From positions 18,258 to 82,257 of the forward strand of contig DATFQN010000093.1 in the NCBI GenBank assembly GCA_035264165.1: 64,000 bases of DNA, given 5' to 3'. Numbering within the stretch: the first letter of the stretch is position 1; the number at the start of each line of letters is the position of its first letter. Source of the DNA: Gaiellaceae bacterium (GTDB lineage Bacteria > Actinomycetota > Thermoleophilia > Gaiellales > Gaiellaceae). The notes beneath the pieces were generated by a model, which saw only the letters and a list, made by a program, of their open reading frames with translations, did not search any database and was not told the DNA's origin. The translations under genes were made by a program, and so were the position numbers. This document shows positions 8,754-20,302 of this stretch, in pieces.

Positions 8754-11700
8754 ATGGACCGGCCCGTACTGCACACCCTTGCGCAGGAACTCGCTGCAAA
8801 CGAGCGGTTTCAAGCCTTCCTCGAGGAACTCGATGCCACCCACCAAGGGCTCGCCGTCGAGGCTGTTGACCGCCGCGGGCCCCGCGCTCGCGTGTCCGAA
8901 CCGGCTCTGCCCGTCGTCCTCGCCGCACTGCACACCGAGCTTGACCGCGGCCTCGTCGTCGTCCTCCCGGAGGACGCCGATGCCCGTGACGCGGCCGAGG
9001 CTGCGGCCTGGTACCTCGGGACCGAGCAGGTCGCGCTCTTGCCCAGTCGCGGCGTCCGCTGGGGCTCGGGCCTCGACCCGGCGCCGCACCTCGTGGGCGA
9101 GCGGGCCCGCGCTCTCGACGTCCTCGCCGCGGGGGGGCTCGTTGCAGCCTCCGCCGCCGCCGTCGCCGAAGGGATGCCGCCGCCGGTGCAACGCCCGCAG
9201 CCGATCCGCCTCCCCGAAGCTGCCGACCTGCCCGAGCAGCTCGCCCTCGCGGGCTACGAGCGCGTCGAGCGCGCCGAGGAGCGCGGCCAGTTCGCGGTTC
9301 GCGGCGGCATCGTCGACGTCTTCCCGACGACTGGGCGCGAGCCGCTCCGCATCGAGCTCTTCGGAGACGAGATTGAGTCGATCCGCGCCTTCTCGCCGTT
9401 CACGCAGCGCACGCTCCATCCGGTCGAAAACGCGGTCATCTACCCGGCAACGGAACGGCGGCCGGATCTCCTCGAACCTCAGCTGAGCGACGACGACGAG
9501 TCGCCGCCGGTCCCCGAAGACCTCGAAGCACCGTTCGAGCGCGTACCTGACATCGTCTGGGAGCCGGACGCCGTGCGCGAAGTCTGGGAGGAGGAGGACC
9601 TCCCGCCGCGGCCGCTGGCCGGCGCGGCGGAGCTCGACCCGTTCCCGAGTGGCCAGCCGTTCTCCTTCGAAGCCCAGCGTCCCGCGATCGCTGCCCGGGG
9701 CTTGGCCGAGGCCGAGAACGAGCTGGGGGCGCTCGTCCGGGCCGGCCTTCGGGTCGTGGTCGCGTTCGCGCACGAGGGCGAAGCGCTGCGCAACCAGAAC
9801 CTGCTCCGCCGCGTCGAGTCGCGCCTCTTCGAGCCGGGAGACGAGCTCCCGAAAGAAGCAGAACTGCTCTACGCCGTGGCCCCGGCCCGCCGCGGCTTCG
9901 TCTGGCGCGACCTCAGGATCGCCGTCCTCCCCGACACGCAGGTCTTCCGCCGGAAGCCGCGCGCCGCGGCCCGCGTCGGCCGCTCGCTCCAGTCGTTCGC
10001 CGACCTCCGCACCGGCGACCACGTCGTCCACGAGGACCACGGCGTGGGGAAGCTGCTCGGCTTCGAGACGAAGGAGGTCGCGGGCGTCACGCGCGACTAC
10101 CTCCTGCTCGCCTTCCGCGGCGACGACCGTCTCTACGTCCCGCACGAGCAGCTCGGCAAGGTCTCGCGCTACGTCGGGATGAACGGCGCGCCGGCGCTCT
10201 CGAAGCTCGGCGGCAAGGCCTGGCAGCTGCTGAAGAGCCGCGCGCGCGAGGGGATCCGCGAGCTCGCGGCCGAGCTCCTGCGCCTCTACGCGCAGCGCCA
10301 GCAGGCTCCGGGGTTCACGTACGACCTCCGCCACGAGTATCTCGAGCAGCTCGAGGCCGACTTCCCTTACCGGGAAACCGAGGACCAGCAGGCCGCGATC
10401 GAGGCGGTCAAGGAGGACCTCGAGGCGCCGCGTCCGATGGATCGCCTCGTCTGCGGCGATGTCGGCTTCGGCAAGACGGAGGTCGCGGTGCGCGCGGCGT
10501 TCGCCGCGGCGCTGAACGGCAAGCAGACGCTGATGCTCGTCCCGACCACCGTGCTCGCCCAGCAGCACTGGAACACCTTCCGCGAGCGCTACCGCGACTT
10601 CCCCGTCCGCGTCGAAATGGTCTCCCGCTTCCGCAGCGCCAAGGAGACGAAGCAGGTGCTCGCCGATTTCGCCGAGGGCAAGGTCGACGTCCTCATCGGC
10701 ACCCACCGCGTGCTCTCGCGCGACGTGATCCCGAAGAACCTCGGCCTCGTGATCGTCGACGAGGAGCAGCGCTTCGGCGTGGCGCAGAAGGAGCTGCTAC
10801 GCCAGCTGCGTCTCGAGGTGGACGTGCTGGCGCTGACCGCGACGCCGATCCCACGCACGCTCCACATGTCGCTCTCGGGCCTCCGCGACATCTCCGTGAT
10901 CGAGACGCCGCCCGAAGGCCGGCGCCCGATCCGCACCTACGTCGGCGAGTTCGACGAAGAGCTTGTCAAGCAGGCGCTCGAGCGGGAGGTCGCGCGCGGC
11001 GGCCAGGCGTTCTTCCTCCACAACCGGGTCGAGACGATCGACGAACGCGCTGCGTTCCTGCAAGACCTGACCCCGAACCTCCGGTTGTTGGTTGCGCACG
11101 GCCAGATGCGCGAGAGGGAGCTCGAGGACCACATGCTCTCGTTCCTCCGCGGCGACGCCGACGTTCTCGTTTCCACGACGATCATCGAATCAGGCCTGGA
11201 CATTCCGCAGGCGAACACGCTGATCGTCGAGCGGGCGGACGCGCTCGGCCTCGCCCAGCTCTACCAGATCCGTGGGCGAGTCGGTCGATCCGACGAGCTG
11301 GCCCATGCCTACCTCTTCTATCCGGACGCAGCGGAGCTCACCCCCGAAGCGAGGGCCCGTCTGGCCACGCTGGCCGACCACACGGAGCTCGGCGCGGGCT
11401 TCGCGATCGCAATGCGCGACCTCGAGATCCGCGGCGCCGGCGACCTGCTCGGCGCGGAGCAGTCGGGCCATGTCGCCGCGCTCGGCTTCGAGCTCTACGT
11501 CGAGCTGCTCGCTGAGGCCGTCGCCGAGCTCTCGGGCGAACGCCGCGTCGCGGCACGACCGGTCCGCGTCGACGCGCGGGTCGATGCCTACGTCCCGAAC
11601 GCGTACATCGACTCCGAGGCGCTGCGGATCGACCTCCACCGCCGCCTCGCCCTCGTCGAGACCGACGACGAGCTGCGCGAGCTCGAGGCCGCGACGATCG

Positions 11701-11981
11701 ACCGCTTCGGGCCTCTGCCCGGGCCGGTCGAGAACCTGTTCGGGATCCAGGAGGCGCGCATCAAGCTCTCGCGCCTCGGCGCCGACTACCTCGTCTTCCG
11801 CCAGGGCAAGGCCACGGTCGGGCCCCTCGTCCTGGGGTCGGGGGAGCTGAGGGAGCTGCGTCGAAAGGTGGACACGGCCGTATACACGACGGCCCGAAAG
11901 GAGGTCTCGCTCCGCGAGGAGGACCTGCCGGGAGCGATCCGGTTAGTCGATGCTATCCTGGAGACGCGCCAGGCGGCATAG
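8754..11981 (+). CDS. mfd: transcription-repair coupling factor
   Basis: In-frame ATG 8754 within the 8601..11981 ORF. Has the CarD-like segment DHVVHEDHGVGK, helicase motifs GDVGFGKTEVA and VIVDEEQRFG, and a C-terminal TRCF domain. Confidence 0.92.
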   Translation: MDRPVLHTLAQELAANERFQAFLEELDATHQGLAVEAVDRRGPRARVSEPALPVVLAALHTELDRGLVVVLPEDADARDAAEAAAWYLGTEQVALLPSRGVRWGSGLDPAPHLVGERARALDVLAAGGLVAASAAAVAEGMPPPVQRPQPIRLPEAADLPEQLALAGYERVERAEERGQFAVRGGIVDVFPTTGREPLRIELFGDEIESIRAFSPFTQRTLHPVENAVIYPATERRPDLLEPQLSDDDESPPVPEDLEAPFERVPDIVWEPDAVREVWEEEDLPPRPLAGAAELDPFPSGQPFSFEAQRPAIAARGLAEAENELGALVRAGLRVVVAFAHEGEALRNQNLLRRVESRLFEPGDELPKEAELLYAVAPARRGFVWRDLRIAVLPDTQVFRRKPRAAARVGRSLQSFADLRTGDHVVHEDHGVGKLLGFETKEVAGVTRDYLLLAFRGDDRLYVPHEQLGKVSRYVGMNGAPALSKLGGKAWQLLKSRAREGIRELAAELLRLYAQRQQAPGFTYDLRHEYLEQLEADFPYRETEDQQAAIEAVKEDLEAPRPMDRLVCGDVGFGKTEVAVRAAFAAALNGKQTLMLVPTTVLAQQHWNTFRERYRDFPVRVEMVSRFRSAKETKQVLADFAEGKVDVLIGTHRVLSRDVIPKNLGLVIVDEEQRFGVAQKELLRQLRLEVDVLALTATPIPRTLHMSLSGLRDISVIETPPEGRRPIRTYVGEFDEELVKQALEREVARGGQAFFLHNRVETIDERAAFLQDLTPNLRLLVAHGQMRERELEDHMLSFLRGDADVLVSTTIIESGLDIPQANTLIVERADALGLAQLYQIRGRVGRSDELAHAYLFYPDAAELTPEARARLATLADHTELGAGFAIAMRDLEIRGAGDLLGAEQSGHVAALGFELYVELLAEAVAELSGERRVAARPVRVDARVDAYVPNAYIDSEALRIDLHRRLALVETDDELRELEAATIDRFGPLPGPVENLFGIQEARIKLSRLGADYLVFRQGKATVGPLVLGSGELRELRRKVDTAVYTTARKEVSLREEDLPGAIRLVDAILETRQAA

Positions 11982-11995
11982 ACGGCGCTTTTTCT

Positions 11996-12999
11996 ATGAA
12001 ACGAAGCTTTTTTGCAGGCCTTTTCATCGTCTTCGGGGCGCTCTTCGCGGTCGGCTGCGGCACCTCGAGCGACAGCGCCGGCGACGTCCCCGCGGACTCC
12101 GTCGCGGTCGTCGGCGACAAGTCGATCAGCAAGTCCGATTTCGCCGATCTCGTCAGCTACGCGAAGCACAGCTACACGAGCCAGAAGCGTCCCTTCCCGA
12201 AGACGGGGACGCAGGAGTACAAGCAGATCCAGGACCAGGCCATGCGGTTCCTCATCCAGCGTGCGCAGTTCGAGGTCAAGGCCGAGGACCTCGACATCGA
12301 CGTCAGCGACAAGGCGATCGACAAGCGCATCGACGAGTACATCAAGGAGCGCCACAAGGGCGACAAGGGCAAGTTCCGCGATGAGCTCAAGGCGCAGGGC
12401 CTGACCGAGGACCAGGCGCGCCAGATCATCCGCGCGAACCTGATCCAGGAGGCCGTCTACAACAAGGTCACCGCCGACGTGAAGGTCTCGGACAAGGACG
12501 TCCAGTCGTACTACGACAAGAACAAGGCGCAGTACGCGACCCCCGAGACGCGCCTCGTCCGCCACGTGCTCGTGAAGAACAAGGCTCTCGCCGACCGCCT
12601 GTACCCGCAGCTCAAGGACAAGGGCGCCGACTGGGGGGCTATTGCCAAGCGCTACTCGCAGGACCCGGGCTCGAAGAACAAGGGCGGCCGGTACACGGCC
12701 ACGAAGGGCCAGCTCCTGCCACAGTTCCAGGAGTCTGCGTTCAGCCTCGAGACCAACGAGGTCTCGAAGCCGGTGAAGACGCAGGCCGGCTGGCACATCA
12801 TCCAGGCGCTCGAGCCCGTCAAGAAGGGCTCGACGACGCCTTTCAAGCAGGTCAAGGAAGCGATCCGCCAGCAGCTGCTCCAGGAGCAGAAGAACAAGAA
12901 GATGGAGAAGTGGGTCGCCGACATGAAGAAGGACCTCGAGGACGACACGGCGTACCAGGTCGGGTTCAAGCCGACCGCCACTGAGGGCGCCACCACCGG

Positions 13000-13003
<4 letters not shown>
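11996..13003 (+). CDS. parvulin-type peptidyl-prolyl isomerase lipoprotein (PrsA/SurA-like)
   Basis: Lipobox LFAVGC after a signal peptide. Rotamase domain RHVLVKNKALA...YSQDPGSKNKGGRY...QAGWHIIQ. Confidence 0.82.
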
Positions 13004-15996
<2,993 letters not shown>

Positions 15997-16024
15997 CCTC
16001 GGGCGCTGGGGGTACGCTCCGAGC

Positions 16025-17437
16025 GTGGCGCTGATCCTGCCCCGCCGCACCAAGATCGTCGCAACGCTGGGGCCTTCGTCCGCCTCGCCCGAGTACGTCA
16101 CCGGGCTGGCGCAGGCCGGGATGGACGGCGCCCGGCTGAACTTCTCGCACGGCTCGCACGAGCAACACGCGGAGTACGCCCGGCTCGTCCGAGCCGCGCA
16201 GGAGGAAGTCGGACGGCCGATCGCGCTGATCGCCGACCTGCAGGGGCCGAAGCTGCGGATCGGCGAGTTGCCACAGCCGATCATGCTCGGCGAGGGCGAC
16301 GAGATCGTCGTCACCGGCGACACGCCATCCGACGGGCAGTTGCCGGTGCGCCCGTCGGTCATCGGCCAGGTCCTCCAGCCCGGTCACGACGTCCTGATCG
16401 ACGACGGGCTCGTGCGGCTGCGCGTCGAGGCGGTCGAGCGTGGTGCCGCCCGCTGCGTCGTCGTCGTGGGCGGGCCCGTGTCGGCGAACAAGGGCGTGAA
16501 CGTCCCCGGCGTGCCGGTGCCGATTCCGGCCCTGACGCGGAAGGACGCGGAGGACCTGGAGTTCGCGCTGAGCCTGGACGTCGACTTCGTGGCGCTGTCC
16601 TTCGTACGCTCGGCGGCGGACGTGCGCGACCTGAAGGCGCTGATCAACCAGGCCGCGTCGCCCGCCCACGTCATCGCCAAGATCGAGAAGGCCGAGGCCG
16701 TCGATGCGCTCGTCGCGATCCTCGAGGAGTCGGACGCCGTGATGGTCGCGCGCGGCGACCTCGGCGTCGAGATCGGGCCGGAGGTCGTCCCGCTGCTTCA
16801 GAAGCGGATCATCAAGGCCGCACTCGACCGCGGGAAGCCCGTGATCACGGCGACGCAGATGCTCGAGACGATGGTGCACCAACCCGAGCCGACGAGGGCA
16901 GAAGCCAGCGATATCGCGAACGCGATCCTGGACGGCACCTCGGCGCTGATGCTTTCCGAGGAGACGGCGATCGGCGAGCATCCGCTCGACACGGTGCGAA
17001 CGATGAACCGGATCGCCCTGGCGATCGAGCCGAGCATCGAGTACCGGCACCAGTTCCCGCAGCCTGGGGACGAGCCGACCGTCGGCCAGGCCATGTCGAA
17101 CGCGGCCTGCGACCTGGCCGAGACGCTGGGCGCGCGCGCGATACTCGTCCCCACGTTCACCGGGCGAACGGCCTCGGTGGTGGCGCGGCTTCGGCCGCGG
17201 CGGCCGGTGATCGGTCTCTCGCACCACCAGCACGCGCTCCAGCACATGGCGCTCGAGTGGGGCGTGACGCCGGTGCGGATGCCGGAGGCTGCGGATGTCG
17301 AGGAGCTCTGGGCGAGGTCGCTCGAAGGGGGGCGTCAGACGGGTCTCCTCGACGAAGGCGACCTGGTCGTGCTCACAGCCGGGACGGCGGTGAACATTCC
17401 GGGCACGACGGACGTGATCAAGCTGGCATACGCCTAG
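16025..17437 (+). CDS. pyk: pyruvate kinase
   Basis: GTG 16025 gives VALILPRRTKIVATLGP. Has GMDGARLNFSHG, IADLQGPKLR and MVARGDLGVEI motifs. Confidence 0.93.
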   Translation: MALILPRRTKIVATLGPSSASPEYVTGLAQAGMDGARLNFSHGSHEQHAEYARLVRAAQEEVGRPIALIADLQGPKLRIGELPQPIMLGEGDEIVVTGDTPSDGQLPVRPSVIGQVLQPGHDVLIDDGLVRLRVEAVERGAARCVVVVGGPVSANKGVNVPGVPVPIPALTRKDAEDLEFALSLDVDFVALSFVRSAADVRDLKALINQAASPAHVIAKIEKAEAVDALVAILEESDAVMVARGDLGVEIGPEVVPLLQKRIIKAALDRGKPVITATQMLETMVHQPEPTRAEASDIANAILDGTSALMLSEETAIGEHPLDTVRTMNRIALAIEPSIEYRHQFPQPGDEPTVGQAMSNAACDLAETLGARAILVPTFTGRTASVVARLRPRRPVIGLSHHQHALQHMALEWGVTPVRMPEAADVEELWARSLEGGRQTGLLDEGDLVVLTAGTAVNIPGTTDVIKLAYA

Positions 17438-17475
17438 CCGGCAGGAGGGCTCGGGCGCGGCCAGAAAGGACGCGC

Positions 17476-17820
17476 ATGCCGAAGTCCCAGCGGCGAGCAG
17501 CGCGTCCCCGCCGACGCATACCCGTCCTGCGGTGGGCGGCCCTCGCGACCCTCGCGATCGTCGCGCTCCTCTACTACCGCCCGCTCAAGAGCTACGTCGA
17601 GACGCGCGCCGCGCTCCACGAACGTCAGGCGGAGGTGCGTGAGCTGCGCGCGAAGCACAACGAGCTTTCCCGGCGACTGGAGGAGGCCGATACGCCCGAA
17701 GCGCTCGCGCGCCGCGCCCGCAAGCTCGGTCTCGTCAAGCCCGGCGAGCAGCTCTTCATCGTCAAGGGAATCGAGGAATGGCGCCGGAAAGCCGAGGTTA
17801 GGCTAGGGAGGGATGGATGA
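17476..17820 (+). CDS. ftsB: septum formation initiator FtsB/DivIC family protein
   Basis: ATG 17476 preceded by GAAAGGA. Basic N-terminus, one TM helix (LRWAALATLAIVALLYY), then a coiled coil and the GLVKPGEQLFIV motif. Lies downstream of eno as in Actinomycetota. Confidence 0.8.
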   Translation: MPKSQRRAARPRRRIPVLRWAALATLAIVALLYYRPLKSYVETRAALHERQAEVRELRAKHNELSRRLEEADTPEALARRARKLGLVKPGEQLFIVKGIEEWRRKAEVRLGRDG

Positions 17821-18307
17821 CCGGGCCGTCGTCGAGCGCCAGCTGGGCCGGACGCCACGTGCCTTCCTGCGGGTCGCCGTTCGGTGCCCGTTCGGCGCAC
17901 CGGCGGTCACGGTCCAGGCACCGTACGACTCCGCCGGCGAGCCCTTCCCCACCACGTTCTACCTGACCTGCAGGCACCTGGTCGCCTCGGTCTCCCGGCT
18001 CGAGGCGGCCGGCGGCATCGAGCGCTGGAGCGCGGCGGCGACGAGCGACCGGGAGCTCGCCGCGAGCCTGGCCGCCGCGACGAAGGAGCAGCAGGCCGTC
18101 CGTCGGGAGCTCGCCGGTGGGCGGGTCGGGCAGGAAGGCGGCGCCTCGCTCGAGCTCGGGATCGGCGGCTCGGCGCGCCCCGAGAAGCTCAAGTGTCTGC
18201 ACGCCCACGTCGCGTTCGCGCTGGCGAGGCCGGGCTACGAGCTGGGCGAGCGGATCGTTGCGGAGCTCGATGGACTCTGGCCCGACCGCTGCTGCACGCT
18301 CGATTGA
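17813..18307 (+). CDS. DUF501 domain protein
   Basis: Has PFPTTFYLTC and KCLHAHVA motifs. Occupies the conserved position after eno-ftsB. Confidence 0.75.
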   Translation: MDDRAVVERQLGRTPRAFLRVAVRCPFGAPAVTVQAPYDSAGEPFPTTFYLTCRHLVASVSRLEAAGGIERWSAAATSDRELAASLAAATKEQQAVRRELAGGRVGQEGGASLELGIGGSARPEKLKCLHAHVAFALARPGYELGERIVAELDGLWPDRCCTLD

Positions 18308-18618
18308 TGAGCACTGTCGACGCTGCGCGGCAGCAGTGGGAGGAGGGCAACCGCCGGTTCGAGTCGTACTCCTCCGACCCGGAGCTCTACATCCGCCTGC
18401 TCGGCCAGCTCGAGGTTGCGACGGAGGAGCTGCGCAAGCGCATCGGCGAGACGTTCACGCTCGCCCAGCTCGCGGACGCCTACATCGCGTCGGATCACTG
18501 GCTGCGCGACGCCGTCGGGGAGCGCGTCGACGCCCCAGGTTGGGAGCGCCAGCTCTCGCTCGTCCAGGACGCGGCGTTCCACCTGTACGCACGCGGCGCA
18601 ACCGACTATTCGCCGTGA
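18307..18618 (+). CDS. hypothetical protein
   Basis: ATG 18307 overlaps the DUF501 TGA (TGATG); 103 aa. Coding-like composition but no family recognised. Confidence 0.5.
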   Translation: MSTVDAARQQWEEGNRRFESYSSDPELYIRLLGQLEVATEELRKRIGETFTLAQLADAYIASDHWLRDAVGERVDAPGWERQLSLVQDAAFHLYARGATDYSP

Positions 18619-18620
18619 CG

Positions 18621-18821
18621 ATGTCGCCCTCTCCGCTCGAGTCGCGGTTGAGGCGACGACGTCGGCGGCCCGTTCTCCGCTGGGCGCTCTGGCTGGCCGG
18701 GCTGGCCGTCGTCTTCGGGCTCGGCGTCGCTGTCGGCCAGGCGATCGAGGATCGTCCCCGGGCCGGGAAGCCGGTGACGAACGTCACCACGATTCAACCC
18801 TGGACGCAGACGGAACGGTAG
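18621..18821 (+). CDS. small single-pass membrane protein
   Basis: ATG 18621 (or GTG 18615, which overlaps the upstream stop). An Arg-rich stretch RLRRRRRRP is followed by the TM helix LRWALWLAGLAVVFGLGVAV. Confidence 0.5.
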   Translation: MSPSPLESRLRRRRRRPVLRWALWLAGLAVVFGLGVAVGQAIEDRPRAGKPVTNVTTIQPWTQTER

Positions 18822-18891
18822 AACCTCGTTCTAAAGAAGTACTCACACTGCCCTCCAAAGAATGTGAAGGTTTGCTTAGATTCGCCGAGGC

Positions 18892-19503
18892 ATGCATGAA
18901 ACCGGCGGAAAAGCGCGGCGTCAGTCCCCCGACAACGGCGCCGCGGACTGGCTCACGCTGGGACAGGCCGCGCGCTATCTCGGCGTGGCGCAGAGCACGA
19001 TCCGCAAGTGGTCGGATCAGGGGAGGCTGCCGGCCTTCTACACACCCGGCGGTCACCGCCGCTACCGGCAGCGCGACCTCGACTCCTTCGTCGCCGGGTC
19101 CTCGGCAGGGGCCGCCGCCCCGTCACGGTCGCGCCCAGCGCCGATCGTCCTGATCGTCGACGACGACCCCCGCATCCGTGAGTTCGTGCGCGTCAACCTC
19201 GAGATGGACGGCTTCTCGGTTCGCGAGGCCGGGAGTGCCGACGAAGGACTGGCCGCGCTCGAGGCCGAGCCGCCGGACCTGATCCTCCTGGACGTGATGA
19301 TGCCCCGCGTCGACGGCTGGGAGATGCTCCAGCGCGTGCGTGAACGCCACGGCGTCGACTCGATCCAGGTGATCATGTTCAGCGGCCAGGTCGACGCGAA
19401 CGCGACCGACCAGGCCGAAGCAGGCGGCGCTCAGGCCTTCGTCGGCAAGCCCTTCAACCCGCAGGATCTCGTCACCCGCGCCAAGGACTTGCTCGGCAGC
19501 TGA
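18892..19503 (+). CDS. response regulator with N-terminal excisionase/MerR-type HTH and C-terminal receiver domain
   Basis: HTH: WLTLGQAARYLGVAQSTIRKWSDQGRLPAFYTPGGHRRYRQRDL. Receiver: IVLIVDDD, LILLDVMMP, VIMFSG, FVGKPF. Preceded by an AT-richer 70-nt intergenic region. Confidence 0.82.
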   Translation: MHETGGKARRQSPDNGAADWLTLGQAARYLGVAQSTIRKWSDQGRLPAFYTPGGHRRYRQRDLDSFVAGSSAGAAAPSRSRPAPIVLIVDDDPRIREFVRVNLEMDGFSVREAGSADEGLAALEAEPPDLILLDVMMPRVDGWEMLQRVRERHGVDSIQVIMFSGQVDANATDQAEAGGAQAFVGKPFNPQDLVTRAKDLLGS

Positions 19504-19549
19504 CGCTGCCGCTTTCGCCACCCCACGGGCAAAGCCGTCCCGCGGCGGC

Positions 19550-20023
19550 TCACAGTTCTTCGGATGCGCGCAGCAGCCCGGCGACGATCACCAGCAGCGC
19601 GGCGATCAGACTGATCCAGAGCCCGATCCCCCGGCTTGCCGGCTGGAACTCCTCGGGGATCGTGATCACGCGGATGAGCACGAGGATCGTCGCGAGCGAA
19701 CCCAGCAGGATCACGATCAGGCTCTCCGGCACCGTCGCCGGCAGCTCGATGCCGGCCTCGTGGAGCAGGTGAAGTGCGATCACCACCAGCCCGATCACGA
19801 GCACGATCTTGGCGATCGCACCCGTGTGCCAGCCGATCACGGCGATGGTGGGCTCCTCGCCGACCCCGACGTACCAACCCATCAGCGTGGACAGGGCGAG
19901 CACGAGGCCCGAGAGCCACGTCAGCCGCTCGCCGGCGCCCCAGATCCACGCGACGTCGGGCGAGAAGCGCTCCCGCGGCTCGACGTAGGGCTCTTCGGGC
20001 GGAAACGGCTCTGGAGTCTGCAC
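19550..20023 (-). CDS. integral membrane protein, unknown function
   Basis: 157 aa with four hydrophobic helices. Lies downstream of the 20052..20288 small membrane gene on the same strand. Confidence 0.6.
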   Translation of the reverse strand: MQTPEPFPPEEPYVEPRERFSPDVAWIWGAGERLTWLSGLVLALSTLMGWYVGVGEEPTIAVIGWHTGAIAKIVLVIGLVVIALHLLHEAGIELPATVPESLIVILLGSLATILVLIRVITIPEEFQPASRGIGLWISLIAALLVIVAGLLRASEEL

Positions 20024-20051
20024 GGGCGGAAGTATCCGCGATCCGCGATGC

Positions 20052-20288
20052 CTACAACCCGAAGAGCTGCTCGACCTGGCGCCAGACGACCAGGGTGAGG
20101 TAGGCGGCGAGCACGAGCAGCGTCAGCGTCACCGCGAGGAAACGCAGGCGGGCAAGACTGCGCTCCCGCACCCGCTCCTCGCGAGCGTGGCGACGGGCTC
20201 GATGGGCCCGGTACGCGCGATCGATCGCCGTGGGATCGATTGGCGGCGGGTCCTCGACGGCAGTATGGCGCCGGGCCGGCTCGGCCAT
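20052..20288 (-). CDS. small C-terminally anchored membrane protein
   Basis: ATG at 20288 (a GTG at 20297 is also in frame). Basic N-terminal region followed by the TM helix FLAVTLTLLVLAAYLTLVVW. Confidence 0.5.
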   Translation of the reverse strand: MAEPARRHTAVEDPPPIDPTAIDRAYRAHRARRHAREERVRERSLARLRFLAVTLTLLVLAAYLTLVVWRQVEQLFGL

Positions 20289-20302
20289 GGCGGGCACTAT
20301 AA

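Noticed and set aside
8595-10706. 703-aa minus-strand ORF antisense to mfd. Similar long antisense ORFs occur at 1123-2187, 11786-13306, 13212-15320, 34896-36659, 42652-43866, 54933-56324 and 56642-58168.
   Set aside because: This is the typical stop-codon-poor antisense frame of GC-rich coding DNA. These ORFs have Arg/Leu/Asp/Glu-rich composition and no motifs. In each case the sense strand carries a clearly recognisable conserved gene.
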